Positions 1-13,737 of a DNA stretch of 64,000 bases are shown here, in pieces. Below the pieces are notes generated by a model. It worked only from the letters and a program-made list of their open reading frames with translations, was not told the origin of the DNA and made no database searches. The translations under genes and the position numbers were made by a program. How positions within the stretch are numbered: position 1 is the stretch's first letter; every line of letters begins with the position of its first letter. The stretch comes from Octopus sinensis (lineage: Eukaryota): NCBI RefSeq assembly GCF_006345805.1, contig NC_043013.1, forward strand, positions 29,574,001 to 29,638,000, in the 5' to 3' direction.

Positions 1-648
1 AGATTACTTTACTGTTTTGGTTAGTGTTGCAACACTTTGTCTTTATAATATTTTATATCGTTCCCAAATGACCATTTTTTTCGGTGTTTGTGAAGCATAT
101 CATTTCGTTCTCGATTTCCTTACGAGTTTTTTTCCCTTTCTTTGCTTTCTTGTGTAATTTTAGTAACAATCCACCATAATCTCTCTTATTCAGGAATTTA
201 ATTCTCTTTCCTGCTTGCTTCTCTGTTTATATGAAGGGAAAAGAACATTTTGCTCTGTTGCTATTTATATGATTCGAGTTAGTGCAACTCTCACAGGAAA
301 AAGAGCGAAACCAATATAGTTGTTTAACTATAAATATAAAGCTGAAGTGTCAAATATCATGGTTAATTTAAATATACGCAAATGAAAAGTGTACTTTCAA
401 ATTCTCTCAAATAAATGGTTGTTTATCACTGACATTTAATAGTACTCGACTTCCTGGATGAAGCTGCTGATATTCATATGATGATTTTGCTAACCCAACT
501 GAAATATATAACGGCCCAAAGTGCTTCAAAAGTTTCTTCCAGCTCTCCTGAAGAGCATAGTATGATGCAAAACTTTGCGATTAATATCTGAAGAGATTTT
601 AATTATTTTCTCATAATACAGATTATGGTTTTATCCCAGTGTAACTGT

Positions 649-763
649 ACATACATACATGCGTACATACATACATACATACATATATACATACATACAT
701 ACATACACACACACGTACGTACGTACATACATACATACATACATACATACATACATACATACA

Positions 764-795
<32 letters not shown>

Positions 796-805
796 CATAC
801 ATACA
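649..805. repeat. (CATA)n microsatellite
   Basis: Direct reading; source of the spurious MYVC/HTYI ORFs; a similar tract lies at 34470-34585. Confidence 0.95.
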
Positions 806-807
806 CA

Positions 808-1450
808 CTATCAATGACCTCCTGACATTTGTTAGCACAGGACTGAATTAATTTTTTGCAAAATAATGGAGTAATATTATTCCATTCGTTTTTCAATAAT
901 TCCCAGAGTTCATCTTGGTTCTTTGGATTTCTCCTTCACGCCCCATCTCCAATAATCTTCCAAACGTTTTCTATAGGGTTGAGATCAGGACTTTGAGGTG
1001 GCCTGTGCCCATGAGATCAACCCCTTCATCACTCAAACAGTCTTTGACTCTCATCGCAGTGTAACAGGGAGCGTTATTCGGCACGAAGACAGGAGGTTGA
1101 ACTGATGAGGATCGGAGATGTGGAAGGGTATGCTGTCTAAGAATCTGCTTGTAGATTTCAGTATTGACAGGCCCTTGGAGGCGAATAAATGGACCAGAAC
1201 CAGCAATAGAGATCACTCTCCATACCGTTTCACTGCCTCCTCCATATTTTACTGTCTTCTTCACACATGCAAGAAACAACCTTTCGCCACTTCTTCGTCG
1301 GACGTACATCTCGCCATCGGAACAAATCACATTAAATTTCGATCCATCACTAAAGTGAACCTACGACCACTGTTCTATCCAAAAGACATGTTCTTGAGCG
1401 AAACGATTCTCCTTGGATATCAGAGGTTTCTTTGCCATTGCCCGAGCATG
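808..1450 (-). mobile_element. Degenerate Tc1-family transposase fragment
   Basis: Tc1 motifs across frames: [40 protein letters not shown]. Confidence 0.85.
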
Positions 1451-1458
1451 CAACCCAG

Positions 1459-2180
<722 letters not shown>

Positions 2181-2720
2181 AGTTAGATAAGGCTGGTTTA
2201 TGGGATTATCCTCGGTTTCACGTCCTGAAAGACAACGGGATTCCATGCACAATATCATAGAAAATGTTAATTTCACCCATACGGCCGCACATTGTGATCA
2301 ACTTAATCTATCAACATTATTATGGATCGCCGAGCCCCAGAAACAGCCGTTGGACTTATAACACTTTTCTTCCACCTCTTTGGTTTCCTCTGTTGTTTGT
2401 ACTCTGTGTAAGTTGGACCTATTAATATAAATATCTATATATTTATACTTAAAACTTCATCATCTAAAAGTCTCCACTTTCTGCTTTCTCTCGCTTTCTA
2501 TGTATACATATATACATATTTTGTATTTCATACCCAAAATAATATATTTCATACCATTTAATTTTATTATCTGCCTAATTGCCTCTCTCTCTCTACACAC
2601 ACACAGGCCACCCACATACACACATATATACATACATATAAATGTATGCATGTATATATATGTACAAACATGCATACATAAATCTATCTCATATATATGT
2701 ATATATATTTATTTATTGCC

Positions 2721-2928
2721 TATAGGGGCTAAACATAAAGGGGGACAAACAAGGGGATTAAGACTATTACATCGACCCCAGTGTTTAACTGGCACTTATT
2801 TAATCGACCCCGAAAGGATGAAAGGCAAAGGCGACTTCGGCGGAATTTGAACTCGGAACGTAAAGACAGATGAAATACCCCTAAACATTTCACCCAGCGT
2901 GCTAACGTTTCTGCCAGCTGGCCGCCCT
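2721..2928 (-). mobile_element. SINE family B (tRNA-like head; core GTCGACTTTGCCTTTCATCCTTTCGGGGTCGAT..AAGTACCAG)
   Basis: Pol III A/B-box-like head (TGGCAGAAACGTT, GAGTTCAAATTCC); roughly 20 or more copies in the window. Confidence 0.85.
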
Positions 2929-4821
2929 CACACACACACATATATATATATTCCTGCATGTGTATACATATCTCTGTGTGTTCATGTTCTTGGAAATGGA
3001 GGGTATGAGACTATGTGTAAATGTGTATATTTACAATGATAAATAGATACGTATACACACGCATGTACATACACAAGCATTTGTACATGTGTGTGTGTGT
3101 GTGTGCGTGTGCATATACGCACACGAAAAGGGTATGATACGTGTGAAATTGCAATTTCAAACTCTTGACTCCAAAAGCAATTGAGGTACTTAATCATTGA
3201 GACAGATAACAATAAAACAGACAAGTATCTTCAAGAGTCGGCTTTAGTTGACATGCATTTAAAACGCGTCTGCAATCTTTGAGAGTTTTGCACCTTTTGG
3301 GAATTTGCTGGAGAGCTGAATTCAAGTTCGAAACTTTAGGGTTCCTAATCTAATCCTGTCTCTGACTCAGCGCAGTTTCTTATATTAATGGCCAATATTT
3401 AACGTTTAACTCCCAAAAAGCGCTACTGCATCTACAACAAGGTGCATTCCAGAAGTTTTTAGACTTGTTCTGGAGATACATTTATTATTTCAAAGAGGTA
3501 CAAAACTCTAATCTCTTTCAAAGTAAGATCCTTTGACTATAATGCATTTGTAGTGCTTCAGACACTACGTAAAGGCTCCATGGAAGTCCTCCATATATAT
3601 ATATATATATATATATAACTCTAACCTTGCGATTAGACACATTATGATTAACTTACCAACGAAAAAATACGAGTTGTTTTTACAGTAAATGTTTCAATTT
3701 TCGCTTCTGTTAAACACAATATTTTAATCATTTAGAAATATTTTTAAGTGAATGTGATTTCAAAAATGTAAGTTGTTTGTACACTAAGTATTTATATATT
3801 AGCTTTCTTTAAACAAACACTATTTTAATGTTTTTTAAAAAAATTTTTCAAGTGAATACCATTACAAAATTTTGGGGGGCATATTTCAAAAATATTTTTA
3901 AATGAAAATGACTTTGAAAATACGGTAAATCTTTCGTAAAAGACCCGTTCGTAACCTCGGTGTGAAATAATTTTTTTTCATAGGTTTCTTTTGAGTGCAT
4001 TCAATGTATCTCACCTCCAAAGATTTGGATGCTATTTCTAACACACCCTGCTACCACATAACAGTTATTTGCGATAAAGGACCCAAAATATCTGTTACGT
4101 GGTAGCAAGTAATAGCAGCCAAATCTTTCCTTTTCTGGGGAAACGAGCCGTTTATGCGTGATTTCGATGTCACATTCGTTGAAAGCATGCGAAATAACCA
4201 GGAAAAGAAAAAAGAACTCATAAAACAAAACTCCGTTGCTGGGAAACTCAGACTTTCCCGATGATCCAACGGGTCACGGGTAGTCTAGTATGTATGTGTG
4301 TGTGTACCGGAGTATTTGAAAATGTAACCTCTGATACCCCAGCGTCTTGTCCATAATTCACTCCAAATATCCGGTACTGAGCACCAACCCTTAAAAGTCT
4401 TTTGTATTATAGAAGTGTTACATTGAAAACGGTTTGCGGCACCAGACTGATCTGCCGGACATGTACTATTTGGTCGAGAGACTCTCCTGCAACATACCAA
4501 ATCAAAGAATTTACTTCCTTTTTCCAAAGTTTTATGATTACTTCTTGGTTGGTTGAACTCAAGACCTTGTAAATCTTTAACCAAGAATCCAGTCTGTTGA
4601 ATTTCAATATCTGAGAGGTTCTTGAAAACGAGGATGAAAATCGATTTACTGAAGAATGATATCCAAAAATAAAAGAAAATGAAAGGCGTTTCAAGTTTTA
4701 GTTTTTTCTTTTATGTTGTATTGTATCATTTTATTTATTTTTGATTGACAGACAAAATTACTCGCCTATGATGTATGATTAATGCAATAAAGCCTCAAGA
4801 AAACGCAATGTCGGAAACTGT

Positions 4822-5126
4822 TGTTATTGTTTGTTCCTTCTCGAGCCATGCCCGGCTCATAATGGCCGGTTTCCCGGTTTCCTTGGCGTATAGGTTCCCC
4901 ACCTGGATAGGATGCCGGTCCCTCGCAGGTGAGCTGCAAGATGCATGAGGAAAGAGTGAGAGAAAGTTGTGGCAAAAGTGTCAGCAGAAGTTCGCCATTA
5001 CCTTCTGCCGGAGCCGCGTGGAGCTTAGGTGTTTTTGCTCATAAACACACACATCGCCCTGTCTGAGATTCGAACCCGTGATCCTCGACCGCGTGTCCGC
5101 TGCTCTAACCATTAGGCCATGTACCT
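4822..5126 (-). mobile_element. SINE family D (tRNA head + AACACCTAAAGCTCCACG domain), tail variant X
   Basis: Head TGGCCTAATGGTTAGAGCAGCGG...GGTTCGAATC; central domain shared with the copies at 17.3, 47.9 and 57.5 kb. Confidence 0.75.
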
Positions 5127-5415
5127 CTACGTCGGAAACTGTAGGACGTCCAAAATAGAAAATAACACTTAGGCAATTAAGTATCTTTACATTCTGCTTT
5201 TAAATATCGCAGAGATTAATTTTATCATTTAGTCTTTGGTGTAATAAAATAATCACCAATTACGTGTGAGAGGTCGATTGGTTGACTACAGTAACCCCTC
5301 GCTATATCGCGGTTTATTATTCAAGCTTTCGTCGATTCCTCCGTGGTGTTGCATTGCATCTATAATAAAATAAATATATACAAATTATAAAAGTAATAAT
5401 AATAAATACAGTACA

Positions 5416-5800
5416 GGCGCAGGAGTGGCTGTGTGGTAAGTAGCTTGCTAAACAACCACATGGTTCCGGGTTCAATCCCACTGTGTGGCATCTTGGGCAA
5501 GTGTCTTCTGCTATAGCCCCGGGCTGACCGATGCCTTGTGAGTGGATTTGGTAGACGGAAACTGAAAGAAGCCTGTCGTATATATGTATATATATATATG
5601 TATGTGTGTGTGTTTGTCCCCCTAGCATTGCTTGACAACCGATGCTGGTGTGTTTACGTCCCCGTCACTTAGCGGTTCGGCAAAAGAGACTGATAGAATA
5701 AGTACTGGGCTTACAAAGAATAAGTCCCGGGGTCGATTTGCTCGACTAAAGGCGGTGCTCTAGCATGGCCGCAGTCAAATGACTGAAACAAGTAAAAGAG
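5416..5800 (+). mobile_element. SINE family A, full length (GGCGCAGGAGTGGCTGTGTGGTAAG...GTAAAAGAG), inside a Tigger/pogo-like MITE remnant (about 5288-5870)
   Basis: tRNA-like head, TTGGGCAAGTGTCTT core and an internal (TA)/(TG) tract; flanking remnants CAGTAACCCCTCGCTATATCGCG and CGCGATAGTTGAGGG. Confidence 0.85.
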
Positions 5801-5865
5801 TAGTTTCTACTTCGCGGGTTTTCACCTATCGCGTGGTATTTAGGAACGTAACACACGCGATAGTT

Positions 5866-6182
5866 GAGGGTGGCTTAGTGGTTAGGGCATTCGGCTCACG
5901 ATCGTAAGGTCGGGAGTTCAATTCCCGGCGACGCGTTGTGTCCTTGAGCAAGACTTTATTTCACGTTGCTCCAGTCCACTAAGCTGGCAAAAGTGAGTAG
6001 TACTTGTATTTCAGAGAGGCTGGTCTTGTCATACTCTGAGTCACGCTGAATCTCCCTGAGAACTACGTTAAGGGTACACGTGTCTGTGGAGTGCTCAGCC
6101 ACTTGCACGTTAATTTCACGAGCAAGCTGTTCCGCTGATCGTATCAGCTGGGACCCTCGTCGTCGTCCTAACCGACGGAGTA
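5866..6182 (+). mobile_element. SINE family E (tRNA head, TGTCCTTGAGCAAG core, tail ...GAGAACTACGTTAAGGGTAC...)
   Basis: A box TGGCTTAGTGG and B box GAGTTCAATTCC; related copy at 40.2-41.05 kb. Confidence 0.75.
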
Positions 6183-6839
6183 CTCCTTAGTAAACAGTTA
6201 TTGAGATATATCTTTTTGAGTTGATATCTAGTCACCTGCTTCAGTTCATTCTATCGACTGTACTCTTCTCCGACCAGCTTAAGCCAATGAAAAACAATTA
6301 TATTTGGAGCGCAGATGTGGCTGTGAGGTTAAGATGCTCACTTTGTAACCCCATGGTTTCAGGATCAGTCCCACTTCACAGAACATTGAGCAAGTGTCCT
6401 CTTCTGTATTCCTGACTGACTAATGCCATCAGGCAGAATGAATTTGGTAGACGGACCTCTGTTAAACCCCGTCATATACGCATGTGTATGTGTGTGTTTG
6501 CCCTCTCCACTACTTGGCAACCGGTGTTGTGTTATTTATGTCCTCATAACTTAGCAAATGTTATCATTAGAATAAATGCAACACTTAAAAATAAACACTG
6601 GTCGATCTGTTCGACTAAAGCTCTTCAATGCAGTGCCCCAGCATGGCCGCAATCCAATGACTAAAACAAAAGCGAGTGAAAAGATATCAGGAGAAAAAAA
6701 GACAGTGGGATCGAACTCGGATTCTCATGGTTGCAAAGCGAACTTTTTAACCGCTCAACCTGCCTGCATTTCAGTAATACTATTCAATTGGCTACTCACC
6801 TTTCATCCAAATACACACCTATATGTAGTGCCTTGAGAA

Positions 6840-7072
6840 GGCGGCGAGCTGGGAGAAACGTTAGCACGCCGGGTGAAATGCTTAGCCGTATTTCGTCTGT
6901 CTTTACGTTCTGAGTTCAAATTCCGCCGAGGTCGACTTTGCCTTTCATCCTTTCGAGGTCGATAAATTAAGTACCAGTTACGCACTGGAGTCGATGTAAT
7001 CGACTTAACCCCTTTGTCTGTCCTTGTTTGTCCCCTCTATGTCTAGCCGTTTGAGGGCAATAAAGAAATAAG
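6840..7072 (+). mobile_element. SINE family B, near full length
   Basis: GGCGGCGAGCTGG...TAAAGAAATA; homologous to the other B copies. Confidence 0.85.
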
Positions 7073-7854
7073 AAACGTTAGCACACCAAGCGAAATGCTT
7101 GGCCGTATTTCATTTCTGAGTTCAAATTCTGCCAAGGTCGACTTTGCCATGTCCGTAATCAAAAGCAAGACAACTCACTACACTTACTCTAGTACTCCTA
7201 CTTAACTATCTGAGTTTAAAGGGTGAGCGGATACCGTGGTGGCTCTCAGTTATGTTTCAGGTTACGGCTGAATTTAAATGATCTCAAAATATCACTATTT
7301 GCTTTGACAACCTTTTGGGACTAAAAAAAAACAAAAACTACCAGACTAGGATAACGAATTGGTGGGAACAGCTATGAAGTTGTCCATCAGCAATATATTC
7401 CCCTGTCTATTTTTCAGTATGCCTAAACAATAAAAGGAATGTATTTACATTCTTTATAATTTTCTCTCTCAGCTAGAAGACAAACATAGAAATGGCTTCT
7501 TGTGAGAACCAGACAGTAATGTGATCTTCAGACGTGAAAAATCATAACACAAATGTTTCTCTTCTTGAACTGGGTTCCATGCAGGCTTTACTTCCTGGTT
7601 GTTTTCAATGTTTGTATTAAGCGCTTTCCTCCAAACCACTCCTTTATGAATCATATAGAAAACTCACAGCATTCAGACTCATGTTCATTTGTAGAATGTC
7701 ACACTTCTGTTATTCAATGTTAAATGTGATGTATAAACAATGTCTGTGCTTCTCATACTCATCAAATAATACTTCTTTGAATCTATGTCTGACTGAGAGC
7801 ACTTACTCTGAGGTTGCTCATCACCAGTCTATGTTGTGTGGTAAACTTCATTAT

Positions 7855-8375
7855 CAACCCTTTAACATTTAAACCATCCACATTCAGATTAAATATTCTG
7901 CCTGTTTTTATGTTCAAAGCAACTAGATCTGGCCTCTCACACCTACCTTACAATGTCATTCTAAAACAAAACAATCATACTGAAATCTCAAAGCAATGAG
8001 ATAATGCATGATTAATTTAAAACAATCTAACAAGTAGCGTGGCCGAGCAGTCTAAGGCACTGGTTTAAGGCACCAGCCTCTTCGGAGGCATGGGTTCGAA
8101 TCCCACTGCTGCCAGGAGCAATTTTTTTCTGTGCCGGTGGCACATAAAAGCACCCACTACACTCTCAGAGTGGTTGATGTTAGGAAGGGCATCCAGCTGT
8201 AGAAACTCTGCGAGATCAGATTGGAGCCTGGTGCAGCCATCTGGTTTGCCAGTCCTCAATCAAATTGTCCAACCCATGCTAGCATGGAAAGCGGACGTTA
8301 AATGATGATGATGATAATGAGGACGAATGTGAACAAATAAGCATTATATTTGATAATAAACAATACTAAAGAATT
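7855..8375 (+). mobile_element. TTAA-type MITE (family F) interrupted by the tRNA-Leu + RTE-3'UTR insertion (8033 to about 8320)
   Basis: The MITE consensus ...AAAACAAT|GTGAATAAATAAGCATT resumes after the (ATG)n tail. Confidence 0.7.
8033..8114 (+). pseudogene. tRNA-Leu(AAG) pseudogene / SINE head
   Basis: 82-nt match to eukaryotic tRNA-Leu-AAG; perfect anticodon stem CTGGT/ACCAG with loop TTAAGGC; G1>A, loss of the D-loop GG, and mismatches in the acceptor and T stems, mostly CpG-type transitions. Confidence 0.85.
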
Positions 8376-9681
8376 GGAAAAGGTTTCAGTATTCAAAATA
8401 AATTGCATATCATGTGTGACTGAGTGATTAACAAGTTTGCTCTGCAATCATCACAAGGTCTCCATTTTGCTCGTGCTGAGTGGAATCTTAAGTGCCATTT
8501 TCTACAGTCTCATGCCACTTTCTGCCTTATGGATGGAATTGGGTAGACATATACTGTATGGAAGTCTGTCAGATGGATTGTACACACAGTTTATATTACA
8601 CTGTTGTGCAGATTCTATACCCCATTCAGTTGAGGGGTTTTATCTTGCAGATAGTTGGCACTGCACTAGGGGTAGTGCTACTTAAAAAGCACGCAATACA
8701 ATCTGTTAAGTGGTTGGTGTTAGGGAGCGGATGCGGCTGTAGAAACCATGCTAAAGCAGACATAGAATCGGGAGCAGCTCTCTGGTTCATCTGCTCTAGT
8801 TGAACCATCTAACCCATGCTAGCATGGAAAAAGGGACGTCAAATGATTCCACCAAAGGATGAAGATACACATGTTTGTGGAATATCCAGCCACATACATT
8901 GCCAATTTAATGATTGAATGGCTTGTACATTTATGGTTGGAAATTCTAACCAAGATTCATCTATTCATTATGAAGACTATCAGCCTTGTATGTTTGTTAT
9001 CATTATTACGATAATTAAAAATTGTGTGTAAAAGAGAAGATAAGAAACATCATCATCATTTAAAGCCTAGGGTTAAATGTTTTGACAGATGCAAGGAATT
9101 CTCGGACTGCACTGTGCTCAAATGTCTTCTTTAACATGGTTTCCATGGTTGAATGTTCTTCCGAAAGCTGTACTGGGTGCTTTCTTCATGCCACCTGCAC
9201 AATTGAAATCACTATGTACTTCACAGGACTATGAGCCCTTGAGGAAGCAGGGGGTCAACTTCATGTGAGGAGACAAAGGGGATTAAACAGAGCATATGAA
9301 ATACTGAGATATATATAAATAGATCTGAACAGAAGAGAAAGAATCCATAAAGAATTAGCAAGCTGTAATTGGAAATACTTTGCAATGAAATAATTTATTC
9401 AAAAAGTATAGCTACAACTTTCTAGCACTACAAAATGATAATTGAGAAGAATGAATTAAGTTAAAATAAGACCAGACGGACTAAGGTTTAAAGATTAGAG
9501 ACAAATGATACTCATGGTCGACATATATATATATATATATATGTACACACACATTTATATGCATGTATACCTTTATATATATATATATATATATATGCAC
9601 TAACATTTACATATATGTACACGAACACATCTCACATATAAAATTATACTTACATTAGTTTTACATACATATATACATACG

Positions 9682-9723
<42 letters not shown>

Positions 9724-9803
9724 CATACATAGGCACACACTGTGGACAAATGTGCGAGTAGAGGAAACATATTTTCAATGTAAAGTCTAAGATATTTACA
9801 AAG

Positions 9804-9850
9804 TTTATTGCTTTTAATTCTTTTTTTTTATTTTTTATATTCTTTTTATT
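9804..9850 (-). terminator. Candidate poly(A) signals (AATAAA) of CFAP20
   Basis: Minus-strand AATAAA at 9845-9850 and at about 9804-9809, roughly 40-80 nt past the stop codon. Confidence 0.45.
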
Positions 9851-9887
9851 AGTTTTTTTTTTTTCTGTTTTAATTGTTAAAAATCAC

Positions 9888-10001
9888 TCAAGCTTTGATC
9901 TTGCTTTGTGGAATATATAGTTTGAATTCTCCAGGCAGCTCGTCTTCAGAATATAAGCGATCGGAGAAATATACTCGCCGAATACGACAGTTGGCATGAA
10001 T
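9888..10001 (-). CDS. CFAP20: CFAP20 terminal coding exon ([37 protein letters not shown])
   Basis: CTTTTCCAG| acceptor, 114 nt including TGA at 9890-9888; total CDS 579 nt = 192 aa + stop. Confidence 0.97.
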   Translation of the reverse strand: MHANCRIRRVYFSDRLYSEDELPGEFKLYIPQSKIKA

Positions 10002-10362
10002 CTGGAAAAGAGAGCAGAATGACAATTAGGGAATAGAAAGAAAGAAAGAAAAAAACATGGAAAGGAAAAGAAATCCATTCTATCAGCCCTCTTTCTAACT
10101 ATCTTGAACATGGAACCAGCAACCTAATGTTATTTAGCAGTACCAAGACTCAGTAATGATCATCCATAATCTTCAGTTCCAAAGCCTTTCTAGGTTAGTG
10201 ATTTTACCAAACCAAGAGCAGTCATCTTGGTCAATATACACTAAATTAAGCAAACATTCAATTTACTTCAATAATTAAATGAAATCAGAATGGAAAATGG
10301 ATGTTAAATGATGACGAAATACAAGTAACTGTACGTTTTTATATATGGCACATGTTCATTAA

Positions 10363-10647
10363 CCCTTTGACATTAAAACCAGACATTTCTGGTCCTAATA
10401 TTCTACCCTTTTTTAAGGTCAAGTTGGCCAGATTCAGCATCTCACACCTACACTACAATGTCATTCAAAAAATATACAATAGGAGTGGCTGTGTGGTAAG
10501 TAGCTTGCTAACCAACCACATGGTTCCGGGTTCAGTCTCACTGCGTGGCATCTTGGGCAAGTGTCTTCTGCTATAGCCCCGGGCCGACCAATGCCTTGTG
10601 AGTGGATTTGGTAGACGGAAACTGAAAGAAGCCTGTCGTATATATAC

Positions 10648-10695
<48 letters not shown>

Positions 10696-11003
10696 CTGTG
10701 TTTGTCTCCCTAGCATTGCTTGACAACCGATGCTGGTGTGTTTATGTCCCCGTCACTTAGCGGTTCGGCAAAAGAGACTGATAGAATAAGTACTGGGCTT
10801 ACAAAGAATAAGTCCCGGGGTCGATTTGCTCGACTAAAGGCGGTGCTCCAGCATGGCCCCAGTCAAATGACTGAAACAAGTAAAAGAGTAAAGAGTAAAT
10901 CACATCATTGAAATCTCAAAAGCTATGAGACAATGAGGGCTTGTTCCAAACAATGTGAATAAATAAGAATTACATGTGATAAAGTAATCTGAATACTAAA
11001 AGG
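10363..11003 (+). mobile_element. TTAA-type MITE F with a full SINE A (10481-10896) inserted
   Basis: TTAA at 10359-10362 and 11004-11007; CCCTTT.. / ..AAAAGG termini; the MITE body resumes after the SINE. Confidence 0.8.
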
Positions 11004-11620
11004 TTAATACTATATAACATACAAATATGGTAAATTAGTCTGGCAGCCACAGGAATTTGATGTTCTTGCTCCTAAACTAGCACAGATTATAAGAGGTTCC
11101 AGACCATCATTTTCTGGAAAGTCAATATTTCCTTGTACCAAAACACATTCACTATGTCATGACTTAGGCCCCCAGGAATTGTAAGGGTGCCTTCATGATA
11201 TGCAGCATATTTTAAAAACCTTTACACCTGCAGGTGCCCATTTGTGTCCAGGTCTGACCACAACCTGTATCACCAAGAAAGAGAGACCGATAGAGAAAGA
11301 GAAGGATCTATCCCAGTACAAGGTTACTAGTTAATCTATCATTCACAAAAGGATGAAGGGTAAAGCTGATATGGGTGGTATTTCAGTCCAATGTATAAAA
11401 AGATAGAATCAATACCACCAGACTCAGTTAACTCAATAACTGCATATCTTTATCTTTTTATCTCTTACTTGCTTCAGTCATTGGGCTGCAGCCATGCTGG
11501 GGCACAGCCTTGAAGGATTTAGTTGAACAAAAATCACTTCAGTACTTGCTTTTTAAAGTCTGATTCTTGTTCTCTTAGTCTCTATTACTGAACTGCTAGA
11601 AGGTTAAACACAAACACATG

Positions 11621-11651
<31 letters not shown>

Positions 11652-11718
11652 GACTAAGGATAAGATCGTTAATTTAAAAATAAAATAATGATTTTATCAA
11701 GTGGTCAGCATAAGATCG

Positions 11719-11775
<57 letters not shown>

Positions 11776-12816
11776 TATGGGCTTTTGCATTTTCCACCAA
11801 CTAAATTCACTCACAGAGCATTAGACAGTCTGGGACTGTAGTAGAAGACACTTGCCCCAAGAGTCATGCAATGGAACTGAACCTGAATCCTTGTGGTTGC
11901 AAAGCGAGCTTCTTAACCACACAGCCATGCCAAAGCCCATATGAAGAAAACAAAATCATAAACAAATCTACAAGTCTGCTGCTCACGGTTAAAATCTTCA
12001 GACCACATTTACTAATCTTAGATCTTGCGATAGTTCAATAACCTGTCAACACAACTACACATCTACAGAATAGGCAATGCCGAGTCTAAAGATATTTTCC
12101 TAAAATAACTTAACGAAGCTGTTTGAGAATGAATTTTTACGTCATGATTTCATCAAAAGCGGGGAAAGTCATGTGCGATGTGTGATTTACTTATCCATGA
12201 ACACTGGAAACGTCATGAATGTCACACATTCCTCCAATACTTGAAACGCAAATCACAAAATTATGATAAAGTAAAGAAATAAGAGTATCAAATTGAAGGG
12301 AGAGCATTCTGAATACAATTGGAAGGGACATTATCGAAGGGATTAGAGTGACCTGCCCCTGAGTTTTATCGTTTTTCTTTTTTTTTTTAATTTTTATTTA
12401 TTTTTTCGGCTGTGTAGTAGGTTCCAGGTTCAGACCCAACTGTGTGGTGCCGTGGATAAATGTCTTCTACTGTAGCCTCAAGCTGACCAAAACTTTGTCA
12501 GCGGACTTGGTAGATGAAAACTGAAAGGAGCCCATAGCATGGCCACAGCTCATAAGCTGAAACTAGAATCAATCAATCAATCAATCAATCATATGCATGT
12601 GTGTGTGTGTGTGGCTTTGTTTGTCCCTCCTACCACCACCGCTTAAAAACGATGTTGGTGTGTTTACACCTCTGTACTCAGCAGTTTGGCAGAAGACAGC
12701 GATAGAATAAATACCAGTATATAAAAAAAAGTATTGAGGTCAATTTAGTCAGCTAAAACAATTCAAAGCAGTGCCTCAGCCAGTGACTGAAACAAGTAAA
12801 AAGAGAAAATAATGTG

Positions 12817-12850
<34 letters not shown>

Positions 12851-12854
12851 TATA

Positions 12855-13005
12855 TTTTCTTCCTCCGTCTTCCTTTCTACTGGACTGTTCTCTGTTTCTG
12901 AAGAAGAGCATTGCTCAAAATGTTAAACCATCCTTCTTTCCTTCCTTGAGCATCTGCTAACACTTTACATGTACGGCATCCTCATGTTATTTGTTCTTTT
13001 TTGGG
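12855..13005 (+). mobile_element. Second copy of the PLE-like fragment, with a decayed hammerhead core at 12894-12928
   Basis: GTTT-CTGAAGA-AGAGC-ATT-GCTC-AAAATGTT-AAAC; downstream sequence is homologous to the 1610-1805 copy. Confidence 0.55.
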
Positions 13006-13737
13006 GGGATTTACTATATATATACACATACATACATACACACATATATATTCTTTCTTTTATTCTTTCACTTGTTTCAGTTGTTTGACTGTGGCCATGC
13101 TGGAACACCACCTCTAGTCGAAGAAATTGACCCCAGGAGCTATTCTTTGTAAGCCTCGTACTTATTCTATCAGTCTCTTTTTCCAAATCACTAGGTTACA
13201 GGGATGTAAATACACCATCATTAGTTGTCAAGTGATGGTTGAGGGACAAACAGATATATATATATATATATATACACACACATGACAGGCTTCTTTCAGT
13301 TTCCATTTACCAAACCCACTCACAGGTCTTTGGTCAGCCCAGAGCTACAATAGATGACACTTACCCAAGTTGCCACACAGTGGGGCTAAACCTGGAACTA
13401 TGCCGTTGGGAAGCAAGCTTCTCACCACACAGCCACACCTGCGATATATATATATATTTCATCTCCATCATTTAATGTCCAGTATTCTATGCTGGCATGG
13501 GTTGGACAATTTGACAGGAGTTGGTGACCAAGCAGACTGTGTAAAGCGCTACTATCTGCCGGATGCCCTTCCAAATGCCAGCCACTTTATACTCAGCCGA
13601 GAATGCATAACGGCAACAGCTATGGGTTGAACCTGTGATGGGCAGGTACCCCATTTATGAAGAGGGGCAATTGCTCATATGCCGTGGAAAATGGGATAAA
13701 CTTTGACTTGATAATTCCCTCAGGCTAGTGACATACC

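Noticed and set aside
5317-5638. Recurrent ORFs such as RQASFSFRLPNP.../YDRLLSVSVYQIHSQG... (also at 10.4, 16.3, 27.9, 43.4 and 47.3 kb)
   Set aside because: They are translations of SINE family A copies, not a gene family
8033-8114. Functional tRNA-Leu gene
   Set aside because: A1-C72 and A49-C65 mismatches, loss of the conserved D-loop GG, and embedding in a nested TE insertion
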